This document shows positions 25,966 to 38,450 of a DNA stretch of 64,000 nt, piece by piece. Numbering within the stretch: the first letter of the stretch is position 1; every line of letters begins with the position of its first letter. The DNA comes from Amphiscolops sp. MND2022. Taxonomy: Eukaryota. Under the pieces are notes generated by a model that saw nothing but the letters and a program-made list of their open reading frames with translations, made no database searches and had not been told where the DNA came from. The stretch lies in assembly GCA_964187785.1 (NCBI GenBank), contig OZ076413.1:45262001-45326000 (forward strand). The letters run 5' to 3'. The translations under genes and the position numbers were made by a program.

Positions 25966-26781
25966 CCCCAAACCGTCAGTGGACTTTTCTCATACTTTTC
26001 CCTCATATCTCTCACAACTTCATTTCATTTCTTGTAAGGTTCTTGCAAGACAGTTTGTATGAATATTTCAAGAATTTTATTTTGTTCAAGCAAAGATAAA
26101 TTCACATCGAGAGGTTTTTTCTGACCAGTAGTTTCCGAGATAGTGCACATTGAAATTCGAAAAACTTTTTGTGTGAAAATCAATGTGAAATATTTGGAAA
26201 CTTTTGGTACAAACGAGAAATTTTGTTCCTCATATCAAAATCTGAAAGTTTTTTACTTTCGACGCTTCTTCATTGAATTTCTATATAATTGCTATACAAC
26301 AAAAGTTTGGTCTGCCGCATTAGTGGTCTTTAGTTTTTTTGTACCACAGTGTGTATCGGATTATTGATGATTCAAGTCAGTTTCTGAGAAAGATCACGAA
26401 AAAGTTGTTATTTATTTCAGTTAAGAGTGGCGTTTGTGCATAATAGAAACCATGGGACTAATCCTGAGTAGAACGTTTTGTCCGATTCATCGGTTTGTTT
26501 GTTGACTTCAAACTAAAATAGCACTGACTTTTCTCGATGTGTCTTATCACAAGCATAATTTGCTTAAAAAGTCTTGCCAATGCTGCGTATTTTTAGTCAG
26601 TGCTTTTCATAAATTTACTGTGACAAGTTTTTCTCAAGACCTCAGAGTTAAAACTGAATGGTCCACTTTCTGATCAGACTTTGTTCGCGCCACCTAGCAC
26701 TTGGCATTCAACAAGGAGCGGACTCTAGACGTTCTTGTCTTGTTCATTCTAACCAGAGTTTGTTATTTTCCGCCCATATTT

Positions 26782-27567
26782 TGTAACGGGACCCTGTGAT
26801 ATACCGAAATCAGCCGAGTTTGACGATTTTGGAGTTTTGACATGTTCAGAAATTTTGTCAAAAATTCTAATTCGATCTTTGACGTGGCACTGAGCATGTG
26901 ATTGCTCTTTTCGCTGTTTCAACGAAATTGGCAGGTACTTCGACAACAAAGAGCGAAGATCGAGAAAAAACACAAGGCCAGCCGCCCGAACAGACGCCAG
27001 TGACTGCAAAAACCTCTGAAATTAGTCTCTTTCGAAGGTGCTAACCTTGATTTCAGCAGTATGCTACCTTAAGTAGCGAAAACCGTAAAAATGAGTCTTT
27101 TCGTCTAATTCACAAATCTGTGCCTGTGGTGCCCCAGCTTGCGAGCTGAATGTGGATGTTGCCAAATCACTGTTGTGGACGAGATTACTGTAGATTGCTG
27201 TACGTTGTTGTAAGTTTATGGCTACTTTGACAACTTTAGATCTTTTTCCGCAATTTTAGATATTATTCCCCAAGTCACCCCGAATAACGAAAATTTAACA
27301 TAATTTCCTTTTGGAACGTTTTAAAAGGCTGTCTAAGTGATAGTTTCGAAGACAAAGCGTAATTCGCGCTACTGACAGCAATTAAAGACTGGATCAGGCC
27401 GGCAAATACTTCAAAAGAAGCGGAAACCTCTTCTGACGGGACAGTTTTTACCCGAAGGAGGCAAAATGAGCTCACGGTCATGGGCGCCTGGCCCGAGCAA
27501 ATATTCATATCATGTGTTCCTCCAACTCTAATGGTTACGGCGACAATGGTGAGAGGTTGTTGTTACA
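26782..27567 (+). repeat. 5' LTR of element C
   Basis: Direct repeat of 33307-34092 with TG...CA ends. Confidence 0.9.
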
Positions 27568-30500
27568 AAAAGAGACATCATTTTTTGGCGACCACAGAGG
27601 GATCGCTTCGAAGTTCTTCCCTTGATGGTTTTAAAAGAGCCAACCCTCTGGTGATTGACGTCAAGTACGACCTGGCTCTGTTTGGCGATGTTTACGCAGA
27701 GTTTTGCTTCTTTTTTTAAAGTTTGATGTATTGACAGGTTTTTTGTGGCCGTTTTTCTGTCCGTTTTTCAGGTGACTTTCCCAAATATTGATGGTATATT
27801 AGTGAACGGTATTTGTTGACAGGTATTGTCTAAAATTGCATGTTCCCATCATCGGGTACCTTTGTAAGGGCTTAGCGAATCGCTAGAAAGCCGTTACGCA
27901 TGTTGTAATAGGTGTTTTGTAGCTCATTTCAGCGTTTTTGGCCATGTACGAAGTATTCAATTGATGGATTCGCCATGTTCCGTTCGACCGATAGATGAGC
28001 TGAAACGAGTGTTCCCGACTATCTCTTCCCATTTCTGCTACAGACGTCATAAAAAGTTGGGTTTGGCGGAAAGGTAGAACAAGTACTGACGCTGCCGATG
28101 GTCCAAACTGTTTCTCTTTAGCTGGTCTGGGTGTTGAGAAAAAAGACGGCGAAGGTACCACCTCTCATTCCAGAAGTATCAGTATAGTATGGTTTTTTGT
28201 ATGGTATGAAAAAATTCTTTGATTGCGTAATTTTGATGGGGAGTCATTTTTTCATGCTAGTTTTTCCCTATTGCAACTCAGTGTGTGCTTTTGCATCCGT
28301 TTTCAGTGAGAAAAGTCCGATTTTGGGTGCAAAAGTAGTAAAAACGTCATCTTTGGCATTTTTGAGTGTTTTTCTTGGTACGTGCGCGAGCGCTCTAGGT
28401 AATAGTCAAAACAGTTGAAAAAAAGTATGGGAAGTAGCCCAAAACCTCTAAGATACTGCTACATAATGTATTGTCTACCAGAAAAAGCGTTGGAGTCCCT
28501 TTTTGAAAGCATTCTGTATAGAAAAACCCGGTTTTTGGCCAAATTGACAGCAAACCACAATGAAATGCTACCGGAAGAATGCTGGATAGCACTGCAATCG
28601 CCTTTTCAGTGCTGCTAAAAACTTGAAGCACCTTCCACGGCACAGAAATTAACGTTTGAGTAGGTTTTTTTACGTTTTCGTAACAGGAAAAATTGAAAAA
28701 CCTTGATTTTTAGTCAGTTTCAGGAGTGTCTGAGTACACAATTAAAACCCCCTGGGCACTCTGTCTTTTTGTTAGCTAGAAGCTTCCGAGCTCTCATTTT
28801 CTGTTGATTTATTAAAAATAACGTGTGAGGGTGAAAGCCGCGTCAAAAACTTCCTTTTCAGTCCTGAGAAAAGTTGAAAGACGCACTAAATTTGACCAAA
28901 TTTCCACAAAACCGGACTGTCCAGATGTTAGGGTCGCGTCATTGATTCCCAAACCTTAGCTAAAAACTGGATGCATTTTCGTAACCACCGCCAAAAGAAA
29001 CGCCAGTGCCGAAATTTTGATGAGCCTAGCGCTAACCAAAGTTGAGAAAAGCCCTCTGACGTTTTGACATCAGAACGAGCTAACTTAGCCGAAAGTTTCC
29101 AAAACTGTAGGACCGACAGTGCCTCATACCTAACAGGCACGGCTATTTGAGGGCTATTGTTTTTGCTGAAACAGTGTCTGTACTCAGTCGAAACCCTAGG
29201 AAAGCTCGCGGGCTTTCATCGGACCATTGAACCAGCATTATGGGTGCCCACTGACAGTGCCTGCTAAGTTTCGTGCCGATTGGTACAATATTTGTAAAAA
29301 AAAGTTGGAAAAAACGTACCGCACAAAAAGAGGTGCAAAAAGGCAAGTTTTTCGAATTTTTTGGAAAAGCCTGAACACCTTAGACGGGAAGTGGGGACAA
29401 ATTGCAGCCCACCATCGTAACTGGTGCTAGTTGGTGCATTGTTAGAGAGAATACCGAACCGCCAACTCATATCAGTGCTTAGAAATTGTATAATAGGCGT
29501 GCATTTTGACTCCTACTGAGACATAGGTGTACCGCACGTCTGTACCGAAGGGAAATCGTGTACAAGTCTCGGAACCCAGATCAGCATTCACCATCGTGTA
29601 CCTACGTGCGTGTAGGGTCCTCTGGTCAATTTTGAGCCAGATCCGACTCTTCAGTGACGAATTCGGGCCACTTGTGTTTTTTTCGTACTCTCCGAGAAAG
29701 TTTAAACTTTGTTGTAAACGACGCGTGCTTGTCTCAGCGGAAGTTTAGCTGCAAACCAAACTCATTTTCTGGGCTTGTGGATTGATAACAACTGCTTGAG
29801 TGAATTTGAACTTGCTACGACTCCTAGATGTGATTTCGACCCATTTGAGACGTGCATATCCTTATTCTGGCTTAAGTTATCACGGAGACGAGAACTTGGA
29901 AAATGGGACAAAACCTAGTTTTACGCGTTGGAATTTTGTGAAAACCCCTTGTCTGAACTCCTTTTCGTAAATTTTTTGCTGTACGTGCGAATTGTGGCCA
30001 ATATCGAGTGTGCTGCTTTGTTGGGACATAGCATTTTTTTACTTACAGTTGTGATATCCTGTGTATTGTAACAAGTTGGACCATTTTTGGGAGTTGTCGC
30101 GCACCTTATCGGAACGTTGGAACTACATTGCTCTGGACCATTGTTGTCAGTGTCCTTTGGTGCACTGTTGCTGAAAAAGTGAGCTTGCGAGCTCATCACT
30201 GTGGACAAGAGTCTTTGGTTGCACGTGAAAAATCGAGTCAATTGAGATACGGTCATACGGAAAGACTGTACAGCATCTGCAACACATTCACTAGTCTGAG
30301 CCTCACTTGATGCTTGTCACAGTGTACCTGGCTTTACGTGGGGCCACGTGGATAATTTTGAGCCCGATCTTACGTTTCCAGTCTTGGTACGAGCCACTTG
30401 ACTGATTTTCAAAAAAAAATTTAAAAAGTTCAAAATGAGTTTAAAAACACTCTAGTTCGTGACTGGAGGTAACTATCGGCTTCGGGAGGCCGTTTCTCCA

Positions 30501-33306
30501 TCTTGTGTGACTGAACGAACGGGCTGAGTGGTTTTCTACCGAGTACGCCTCATAGAACTGAATTTGACTGTGCCCAGGCACGCATTTTGGCCAAAATCCC
30601 GAAAAACCGTCAGAAAAACGAAAACATAAAACCTTAGTACTCCCGCTGTACGGAAGGCCGAGACCAAAAGCCTTCGTTTTCTAACCATGGAGACCTAGTA
30701 GGCCTCCCTGGGTGCAAACGAGCCAAATCCCACGGTTCAAAAAAAATGCCGGCAGGGGTCATAAATTTTGGTCTCCTCTGAGACTTTCAAATTTGATACT
30801 AAAAAGCCCAATTCAGCAGTTTCAAGTGCCCGCGACGCACTCTGGACTCCATTTTTCCAAGAAGAAAACCTCTAGGCGTTACGCTGTGAACCTGAGCAGG
30901 GTTTTCGGTGTCCAAAAAAGACCCTGTGGATTCCGACCTAGCCAAAATCACCAGAATTTGAGAGGAGCAACCTCCTAGTGACAATACTTTGACCGGATTG
31001 CCCAAGTGTGACAGCTTTCTGAACACTCCGGTGCCTCTATTTGGTGTAATGCTGCAATATCAAGTAGCACAAGCACCGAATATTACGTCAAATTTGCAGA
31101 GAACTGTTGTGGGTAATCACAACATACCCAAATCGATTGAGGTTGAGAAGTCAACAAACCGCTCAACTGTCTGTTCGGTGCAGACTATCCTACATTGCCG
31201 CAGCAATTTGCTCTAGAGCAATATTTTCTAGCCCACCAGGCAGCGTTGAAAGTGTTGAGCAGTTTTCAGCACGCTGTGATTGCTAGAACTTCTCTTGATT
31301 TTGACCCTGACACTGAGCTTGGATACACAGGTGGTTCTAGTGAAGCCGTTCGGCATCGCGAAAGCTGAAATGCAACGCTGGAAAGTCTTTCACCGCCTCC
31401 GTTCCTTTTTTAAAGGAGAAGAAGGTGTCAGTGCAGCTCAACCAATGGATGTTCATGAAGTTCAACCTCAAATGGAATCCCAAATGGTATATGAACATGA
31501 TCGATCGACGAAGTTGGAGATTTTGAAGTTGGAAGATTGGCCTTTGGAGGATAGTTTCAAACTTCTCTTCGATTTTCTAGACTCAATGCTATCTAACACT
31601 CAGGATACCGAGCCGGTGATGAGCATGAAGACTTCTGGACCTAGTCGTCGAAAAGATTCTTTCCCCATGAAACAAGTATTCAGATTTATCAGAAACAGGA
31701 TCAAAAATTAGAGTCCCGGGAGCAACAGATAGATGAGATACCAGTTTTGTTGGCACGAAGCGGACTACGCAGGTGGAAACTGCTAGCTCGAGGGCTAGCA
31801 GAAATGCAGTCGATAAATGCAGATGTGCAAATACACCTCAGAAGTACCACTATCAATATTTCAAACGACGCTGAAGCAGAACCAATGACACCGCCAACAC
31901 AAGACATTGGGGTGGACACAATACCTTTGGACACTTAAACAATGGGTATTGCTGACACTTTGCCTGAATATCACGCCAGTGACAATGGGCTGCTCGAGCG
32001 CAACCTCTGCTCTAGTGAAACGAAACATGAACGAGTATCAATCCCACGCTCCACTTCCGTATCGCAAGGTTCTCTAAGCAACTCTCACATACCTGGAACA
32101 AAATCCTTATAAACAACAAGTTGCTACCGAATTTCGTGAAATATTCTATGGAGCTACCTTCTGCTTTACGCGTTCTACAGGATTTTATTCAGGTGGACCT
32201 GCCAATCTTTATCAAATGGTTGCCTGGTGGTTCAGCTAAAACTCGACCAACTGGTCATAGACGTGGTCGACCACAGCGCACAGACTGTGAACACTCATGG
32301 TAAAAAGTTTTGTTGCCCCCTTATGATGGACGTCGCCGTGGCCGTCCACCACGCACAGTTCTTCTACTACCATGGTCTCATCGACCGAAGGGACATAGGC
32401 GGGGCCGTCCTCCGAACAACTATCCCAGCCTTGAGTCAGACCCAGTTTCCACAGTTTTCTTTATCGGACTTCCGGATAATTCCTACTTGTGCATGTCCTG
32501 CTGCTAATGGATGATGATGTCTGTCCACAGTCCAAACCACACTCCACTTTTCAAGGGGGGAGGAGGTGTCGTCAAAGCTCAACTTATCATTCTGCAATTT
32601 TTGTGTCGGGCATCCAAGTTTGTCTATTCCTCGCTATCCTCATATGAAAAAGAATGCTCAACAATTAAGGCCCGGGGAGTTGACTAAGATCCGGGGAGTC
32701 CCATGGAGTGACAACACTCTAATTCTCTATATTCCACACTGACCACCCACGGAATTTGCCACAATCTAAAGTAATGAAATCCTCACCGCACATTACTTTC
32801 AATCGATTCTGATGTATACAATCGCAGCTTGATATAAAAACTTTGTTTTTTGTTCCTAGTAAAAAAGATTTGATATAACATTTTCAAGGCTATCAGTGAG
32901 GCCTGACAAAAAAACACATGAAAGTCCTCGTTAGTGCAACTTTGGCCAGATGCTTCTTTCATAGTTTCTTCTTTAGTTTCGTTATCTCTATAGTTATACT
33001 CCATGAAATTTCAATGGCAATTTTCCTTTGATTCAGTGGCTTTTCTACGGAAAAACTTGTTTTATCGAGCTCATTAGCCTCGAAATTCTGAATTGCAGAA
33101 TCTTGTCTAATTTGTCTCAGTGCTAAATCTCACATGCAGTCAGTTGGTAAATCGCATTTCATACTCTCCTCAACGGATGCTACTGATTTTTGTTTTGGTA
33201 TGGAGCCAGTTTGAGATCCCAGTGTCTTGCAGAGATGATGTGGAGATGTTTTCAACACCAGCTTCTACGCATGACAGGGACGTCATGCCTAAGGCCCGGG
33301 GAGTGA

Positions 33307-34092
33307 TGTAACGGGACCCTGTGATGTACCGAAATCAGCCGAGTTTGACAATTTTGGAGTTTTGACATGTTCAGAAATTTTGTCAAAAATTCTAATTCGA
33401 TCTTTGACGTGGCACTGAGCATGTGATTGCTATTTTCGCTGTTTCAACGAAATTGGCAGGTACTTCGACAACAAAGAGCGAAGATCGAAAAAAAACAAAA
33501 AGCCAGCTGCCAGAACAGACGCCAGAGACTGCAAAAACCTCCGAAATTAGACTCTTTCGAAGGTGCTAACCTTGATTTCAGCAGTATGCGACCTTAAGTA
33601 GCGAAAACCGTAAAAATGAGTCTTTTCGTCTAATTCACAAATCTGTGCCTGTGGTGCCCCAGCTTGCGAGCTGAATGTGGATGTTGCCAAATCGCTGTTG
33701 TGGACGAGATTGCTGTAGATTGCTGTACATTGTTGTAAGTTTATGGCTACTTTGACAACTTTAGATCTTATTCCGCAATTTTAGATATTATTCCCCAAGT
33801 CAACCCGAATAACAAAAATTTAACATAATTTCCTTTTGGAACGTTTTTAAAGGCTGTCTAAGTGATAGTTTCGAAGACAGAGCGTAATTCGCGCTACTGA
33901 CAGCAATGAAAGACTAGATCAGGCCGGCAAGCACTTCAAAAGAAGCTGAATCCTCCTCTGACGGGACAGTTTTTACCCGAAGGAGGCAAAATGAGCTCAT
34001 GGTTACGGGCGCCTGTCCCGGGCAAATACCCATATCATGTGATCCTCCAACTCTAATGGTTACGACGACAATGGTGAGAACTTGTCGTTACA
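33307..34092 (+). repeat. 3' LTR of element C
   Basis: Direct repeat of 26782-27567, preceded by a purine-rich tract. Confidence 0.9.
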
Positions 34093-37000
34093 TTTCATAT
34101 ATGGGAAAGGAAAATATTTAAATCAAACGGTTTTTTTTACAAAACTTGCCAAGAACCAAATTTTTGTTCAATTTGAGGGTGTTAACTATAGAATTCAACT
34201 CACATAAGTTTTAAGTTTAGCTTCGTGCGACATGTATTTGTGGAGCTTCCTGGACTTTTTTAGTACCCAAGGGCCCAAGAATAACCCAAAAATGACCCCA
34301 AAAACGAGAGAATTTGCAACAATTTCCTATTTTTGACGTTTGAATGCAATTTTTGTCAATATTTTGATAGGTATCGTGGATAAGAAGGTTGAAAACGTTT
34401 ACCACGTCACAAATTCTTTGTCCAGTAGCCTTTTATGAAGAGACAATTGCAGTTTTTGAATTAAAAAGTCTCAAATGAACACCGAAAATGACAAAAACCA
34501 AAAATTTTCCCATTTAAATCGTTTTTATGTCACTTTAATCAAATTTTCGATAGAATTCGTGGAATAGGATGTTGAAAACGCTCAACAATTTCAAAAAATT
34601 TTAGGCACTTGTTTCTAAAAATCTCAGAATTTTCAAATTTTCATAGTATATGCATTTTTTTCCAAATTTTTGACAGATTTTGTGGATTGGAACATTGAAA
34701 AAGGGCAACAAGTAAAGAATGTGTTCTCCAGCAGGCTTTTCTAAAGAGTTTTTTGCCAAAATTCAAAATTATTGCGAGTTTTCTTGGTGAAAATGTCTCA
34801 AATTGACACCGGAAATGACAAAAAGCCGGAAAGTATTTTATTTCCAACAATTTTATGCATTTTTCCTCAATTTTTCGCCAGCTTTCCTCAACTGGAACGA
34901 TGAAAAGTGTCAACAAGGAAAGCATATGTTGTCCAGTTTGATAAGAGATGAATGCAAATTTGCAAACGAAAACTGTCGGGAATGAAATCGAAAAAGACAA
35001 AAGTTCAATAATATTCCGTTTTGCACTATTTTTATTCAATTTTTGTCAAAATATTGATAGACTTCGTTGACTAAAAGGTTGAAACACCTAAAGCATGGGC
35101 AAGGTTGTTGTTTTGGTGAGCTTTTGACGCGAGATAAGCTCAATTTGTAAACAAAAGGCCTCAAATTGACCCTGAACTGTGGAAACGTTTGAAGCTTTGT
35201 CGTTTTTGTTGCAATTTTTGTAAAATTTCCAAAAGATTTAGTTCTAATTTCCAACAGGATCAACTCAACAACAACAACAACAAAAGCATTACATCTTTCG
35301 AAGAGAACGTTGCAGCGTTTTGCTTCAAAAACAATTCAAAAACCCTCCAAAGAATTCGAAAAATTTCAACATCTTTGTTTTTGTGCAACTTGTGTACTTT
35401 TTGAATCGTTTTGGAGTCAGAAGGATGATAAACGTTCAACAAAGACTGAACTGATAATCCCGTAGGCCTTCAAAGAAGTATATCAGACTTCGGTTGGAAA
35501 ATGGCTCATAAAAGACCGCGAATTCGAAACTGTCGAAATTTTTGTCGGTTTCTGACATCTTCATTATGTTTTTAGTTGAGATTGGAAACGTTCCATTTAA
35601 AAAAGCTTCGAAAAACTTAAGAGGATGCAACTTGGCCCGAAGCACATTTTTCAATAATTTTGCCTAAGTTACGGTCGGAAGTTTGCTCAGAATGACACGA
35701 ACATTCGAAGAACTGAAAGAAGTTTTTTAACCCTTTAGGCCGTTTTTTGTACAATTTTTGAGCTACTTCCGTGCATTAAATGGTTTAAACAACTAAACAA
35801 GGACGACTATCGTGTATCTCCAGTAGGCAATTTTGAAGAACTAACTGCATTTTTTTGTAGGAATTGGCTCGAAAACACAAAAACCATGAAACAACAAAAA
35901 AGGACGTTGTTTGCCAAACGAATTCCAACTTTTGTTCAAACCACGAAAGTTTTTGGAGAAAAGAACTTCCGATGACCTGAGGGTTGAAGCAATAAGGTAT
36001 TCGAAACGCCAATGGCGAAAAAAGTGGGATGAATTTCATTAAGTTTACAACAAAGGTGTCAACGTTTTCGATGGTTCTTTATTTTCGACAACATAGTCCC
36101 AATTTTGGACCCTTTCCAAATATTTACTTCAATTAAAAACACCATAGCCTCAGGATTGAAACGTGTAGTTACCGTTAGTGTTTCGAAAAGATATCAGATA
36201 ACATTATTTGCACAACTTTCAGAAAACTTCACTCAAAAACGTAAATTTCGACCTCAAGGTTTCGACCTAAGGAAAATAATTCGAGCTAATTCGTGGGTTA
36301 TAATGGTGTAAACACTCAAAAACAACTAAACGCAGTGTCCAGTAGGCCTTTTTTTGAGGAGGCATCTGTATATTCATGTTAGAAAAGTTCCTCAACTTGA
36401 CCCCAAAGTTGTCAAAACTGTTTCCAATTTTTGACACTTCTGGTGAACCTAAGTTCAGTTGTAAAACAAACCGGGATCGCTCAACTTTCCTAAGTATGCA
36501 ATGGACCCGAAGTCAAGTTTTTGCTATTTTCTCAGTACCAAAAATTACCTCAAAAAATACGCATGAGACCAGGAAACAACTTTTTCCCCAACAGGAATCA
36601 CAAAAGTCCCAATTTTCGGATTTTTCGGGTAAAGTTCTATGATGGAGAAGCGAGTTTCAGCTCTCAAAACTACTTTTCTCAAGCCGAAATCAGCTATGAA
36701 AGCAAGGGGTACTCTTTGACCAAGTGAAAGTTTCGGAACAACGCACAGAACCGACAATACTGAAATGTGGTAGTTTCCACAATCAATTAGAAACCTTGTC
36801 AGTTCCATATGATCAAAAGTAACAGAGGAGTCACCCTCAAATCTCGGGGATTTTGTTTCCTTTACAGTAAACCTCAAAAATTGAAAATTGCAAATAATGT
36901 TTTTCGAAATTTATTCTCAAAGAAATTATTGAAAATTACCGCTTTTCTCGGTAAGTCGCATAGTGCCGAAAAACCGGTAAGTGGCCAGCTATCGCAGAAA

Positions 37001-37244
37001 TAATAACTTAAGTGTTTCCTTGAAAATGGGCTAGGATGAATCAAAGCTTTCTTTTCTTCGAACTTCTTTGCGTTTTTATAGTGCATTGGCTATTCTTGAG
37101 CCTCAAATTTATGTAGTTGTAGAACAGTTTGGGGCGGAAAATATCTCGCTGCTCAGCGGGCGTCTTGTTTCGAGTGGATTGAATCATAACGCAACAACTT
37201 TTCTTCAACTTCAAAGTTCATCAAGAACAAGGTTCTGGTGTGGC

Positions 37245-38105
37245 TTTAGTCGGCGCATTTTAGAAGAAAATGAGCCCGACTATTACAGTGGCTAGTTTTT
37301 TTTTTTTCGTCAGATAACAGAATGTATGCGTAGTGGACACTTTTTACAGAACAGAACTTTTAAACTAAAGTACTGGATCGGCAAACGGGGAGCGTATTTA
37401 AGATAGTGCAAAGGGTCCCCCTTTCAGTTACTCCATTTTTATCGTAAGATACAAAACCTGACGAGACAATAGGGTCCCCCCTTTGAGTTTTTTTCGGCAC
37501 TGTGCGACTTTTTTTCGATTTTTTTTGTCTCCAAAGGGTCCCCCCTTCAATTTTTTGCTGTTTTGCGACAAAATGGATGTTGGAAAATTCCAAAGGGTCC
37601 CCCCTTTCAGTTTTTTTCGGCACTGTGAGATTTTTTTTCGAAAATAAAAAATTTTCATCCCTTCAATTTTTTGATGTTTTGCGACTGAATGGATGGTGAA
37701 AAACCCCAAGAGGTCCCTCCTTTCAGTTTTTTTCGGCACTGTGAGATTTTTTCCGAAAATTATTTTCTCTCCAAAGGGTCCCCCTTCAATTTCTTTGATA
37801 TTTTACAACACATTGGGTGTTTAAAAATCCCAAAGGGTCCCCCCTTTCAGTTTTTCGGCATTGTGAGACTTTTTTTCGAAAATTTGTTTTTTCTCCAAAG
37901 GGTTCCTCCTTCAACTGCAACAAAAATGTTGACAATTTCGGAAGTGTCCCTCTTTTAGCGCGCCACTCAGTCCATTTTTTTGGTTTTTCGAAAAAAAAAT
38001 TCGATGAAATTTCGAAAAAAAAATTTTAGGTTTTTTTTCAAAAGAAGTTTTTTGCGCTTTTTGAGCATTAGATATGGCGCCGACTTTAGACGTTCTCGTC
38101 TTGTT
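37245..38105 (+). mobile_element. Non-autonomous Helentron/HINE-like element with internal ~120-bp tandem repeats
   Basis: TTTAGTCGGCGC start; GGCGCCGACT + GACG-ttct-CGTC hairpin + TTGTT end; repeated AAAGGGTCCCCCCTTTCAG...TTCGGCACTGTGAGA units. Confidence 0.72.
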
Positions 38106-38450
38106 TAGTATTCACTTGTGTTGTCAGAAGCTTCAAGGTTCTTGTGAAAATAATAACCTGACCTCTAATTCTGTTTACAATGAAAAGATTACAAAAATTC
38201 TATGGGGAATCACCTCAATGACGAAAACGTGAAGCAGGTTCAAACTTGAATTAACTCGAATAAAAAGTCGAGTTCGAACTTCATCGAACCTGTTGCCCAA
38301 AACAAGTAATAACACTATATGATACTGATACAAAATATTTTTTCACAGTGAAATAATAACGCACAAATGAGGTTCTCATTATTTAGTTTCTGATACATCT
38401 CTCTTCCTCGATCAATTTTTCCACATTATTTCGCAATCCCGCTTAACAAG

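Larger units (their letters stand above)
26782..34092 (+). mobile_element. Non-autonomous LTR element C (LARD-like, 7.3 kb)
   Basis: Two 786-bp direct repeats TGTAAC...GTTACA, PBS-like TGGCGACCACAGAGGGA at 27586, PPT-like GGCCCGGGGAGTGA before the 3' LTR; no RT or IN motifs inside; TSD ambiguous. Confidence 0.85.

Noticed and set aside
34100..37240. Numerous 60-130 aa ORFs in AT-rich DNA
   Set aside because: No domains, splice-consistent structure or coding-like composition; treated as spurious
37400..37900. Repeats with ORFs (MPKKTERGDPL...) as a CRISPR array or protein gene
   Set aside because: Internal tandem units of a HINE-like element; the ORFs are by-products of the repeat
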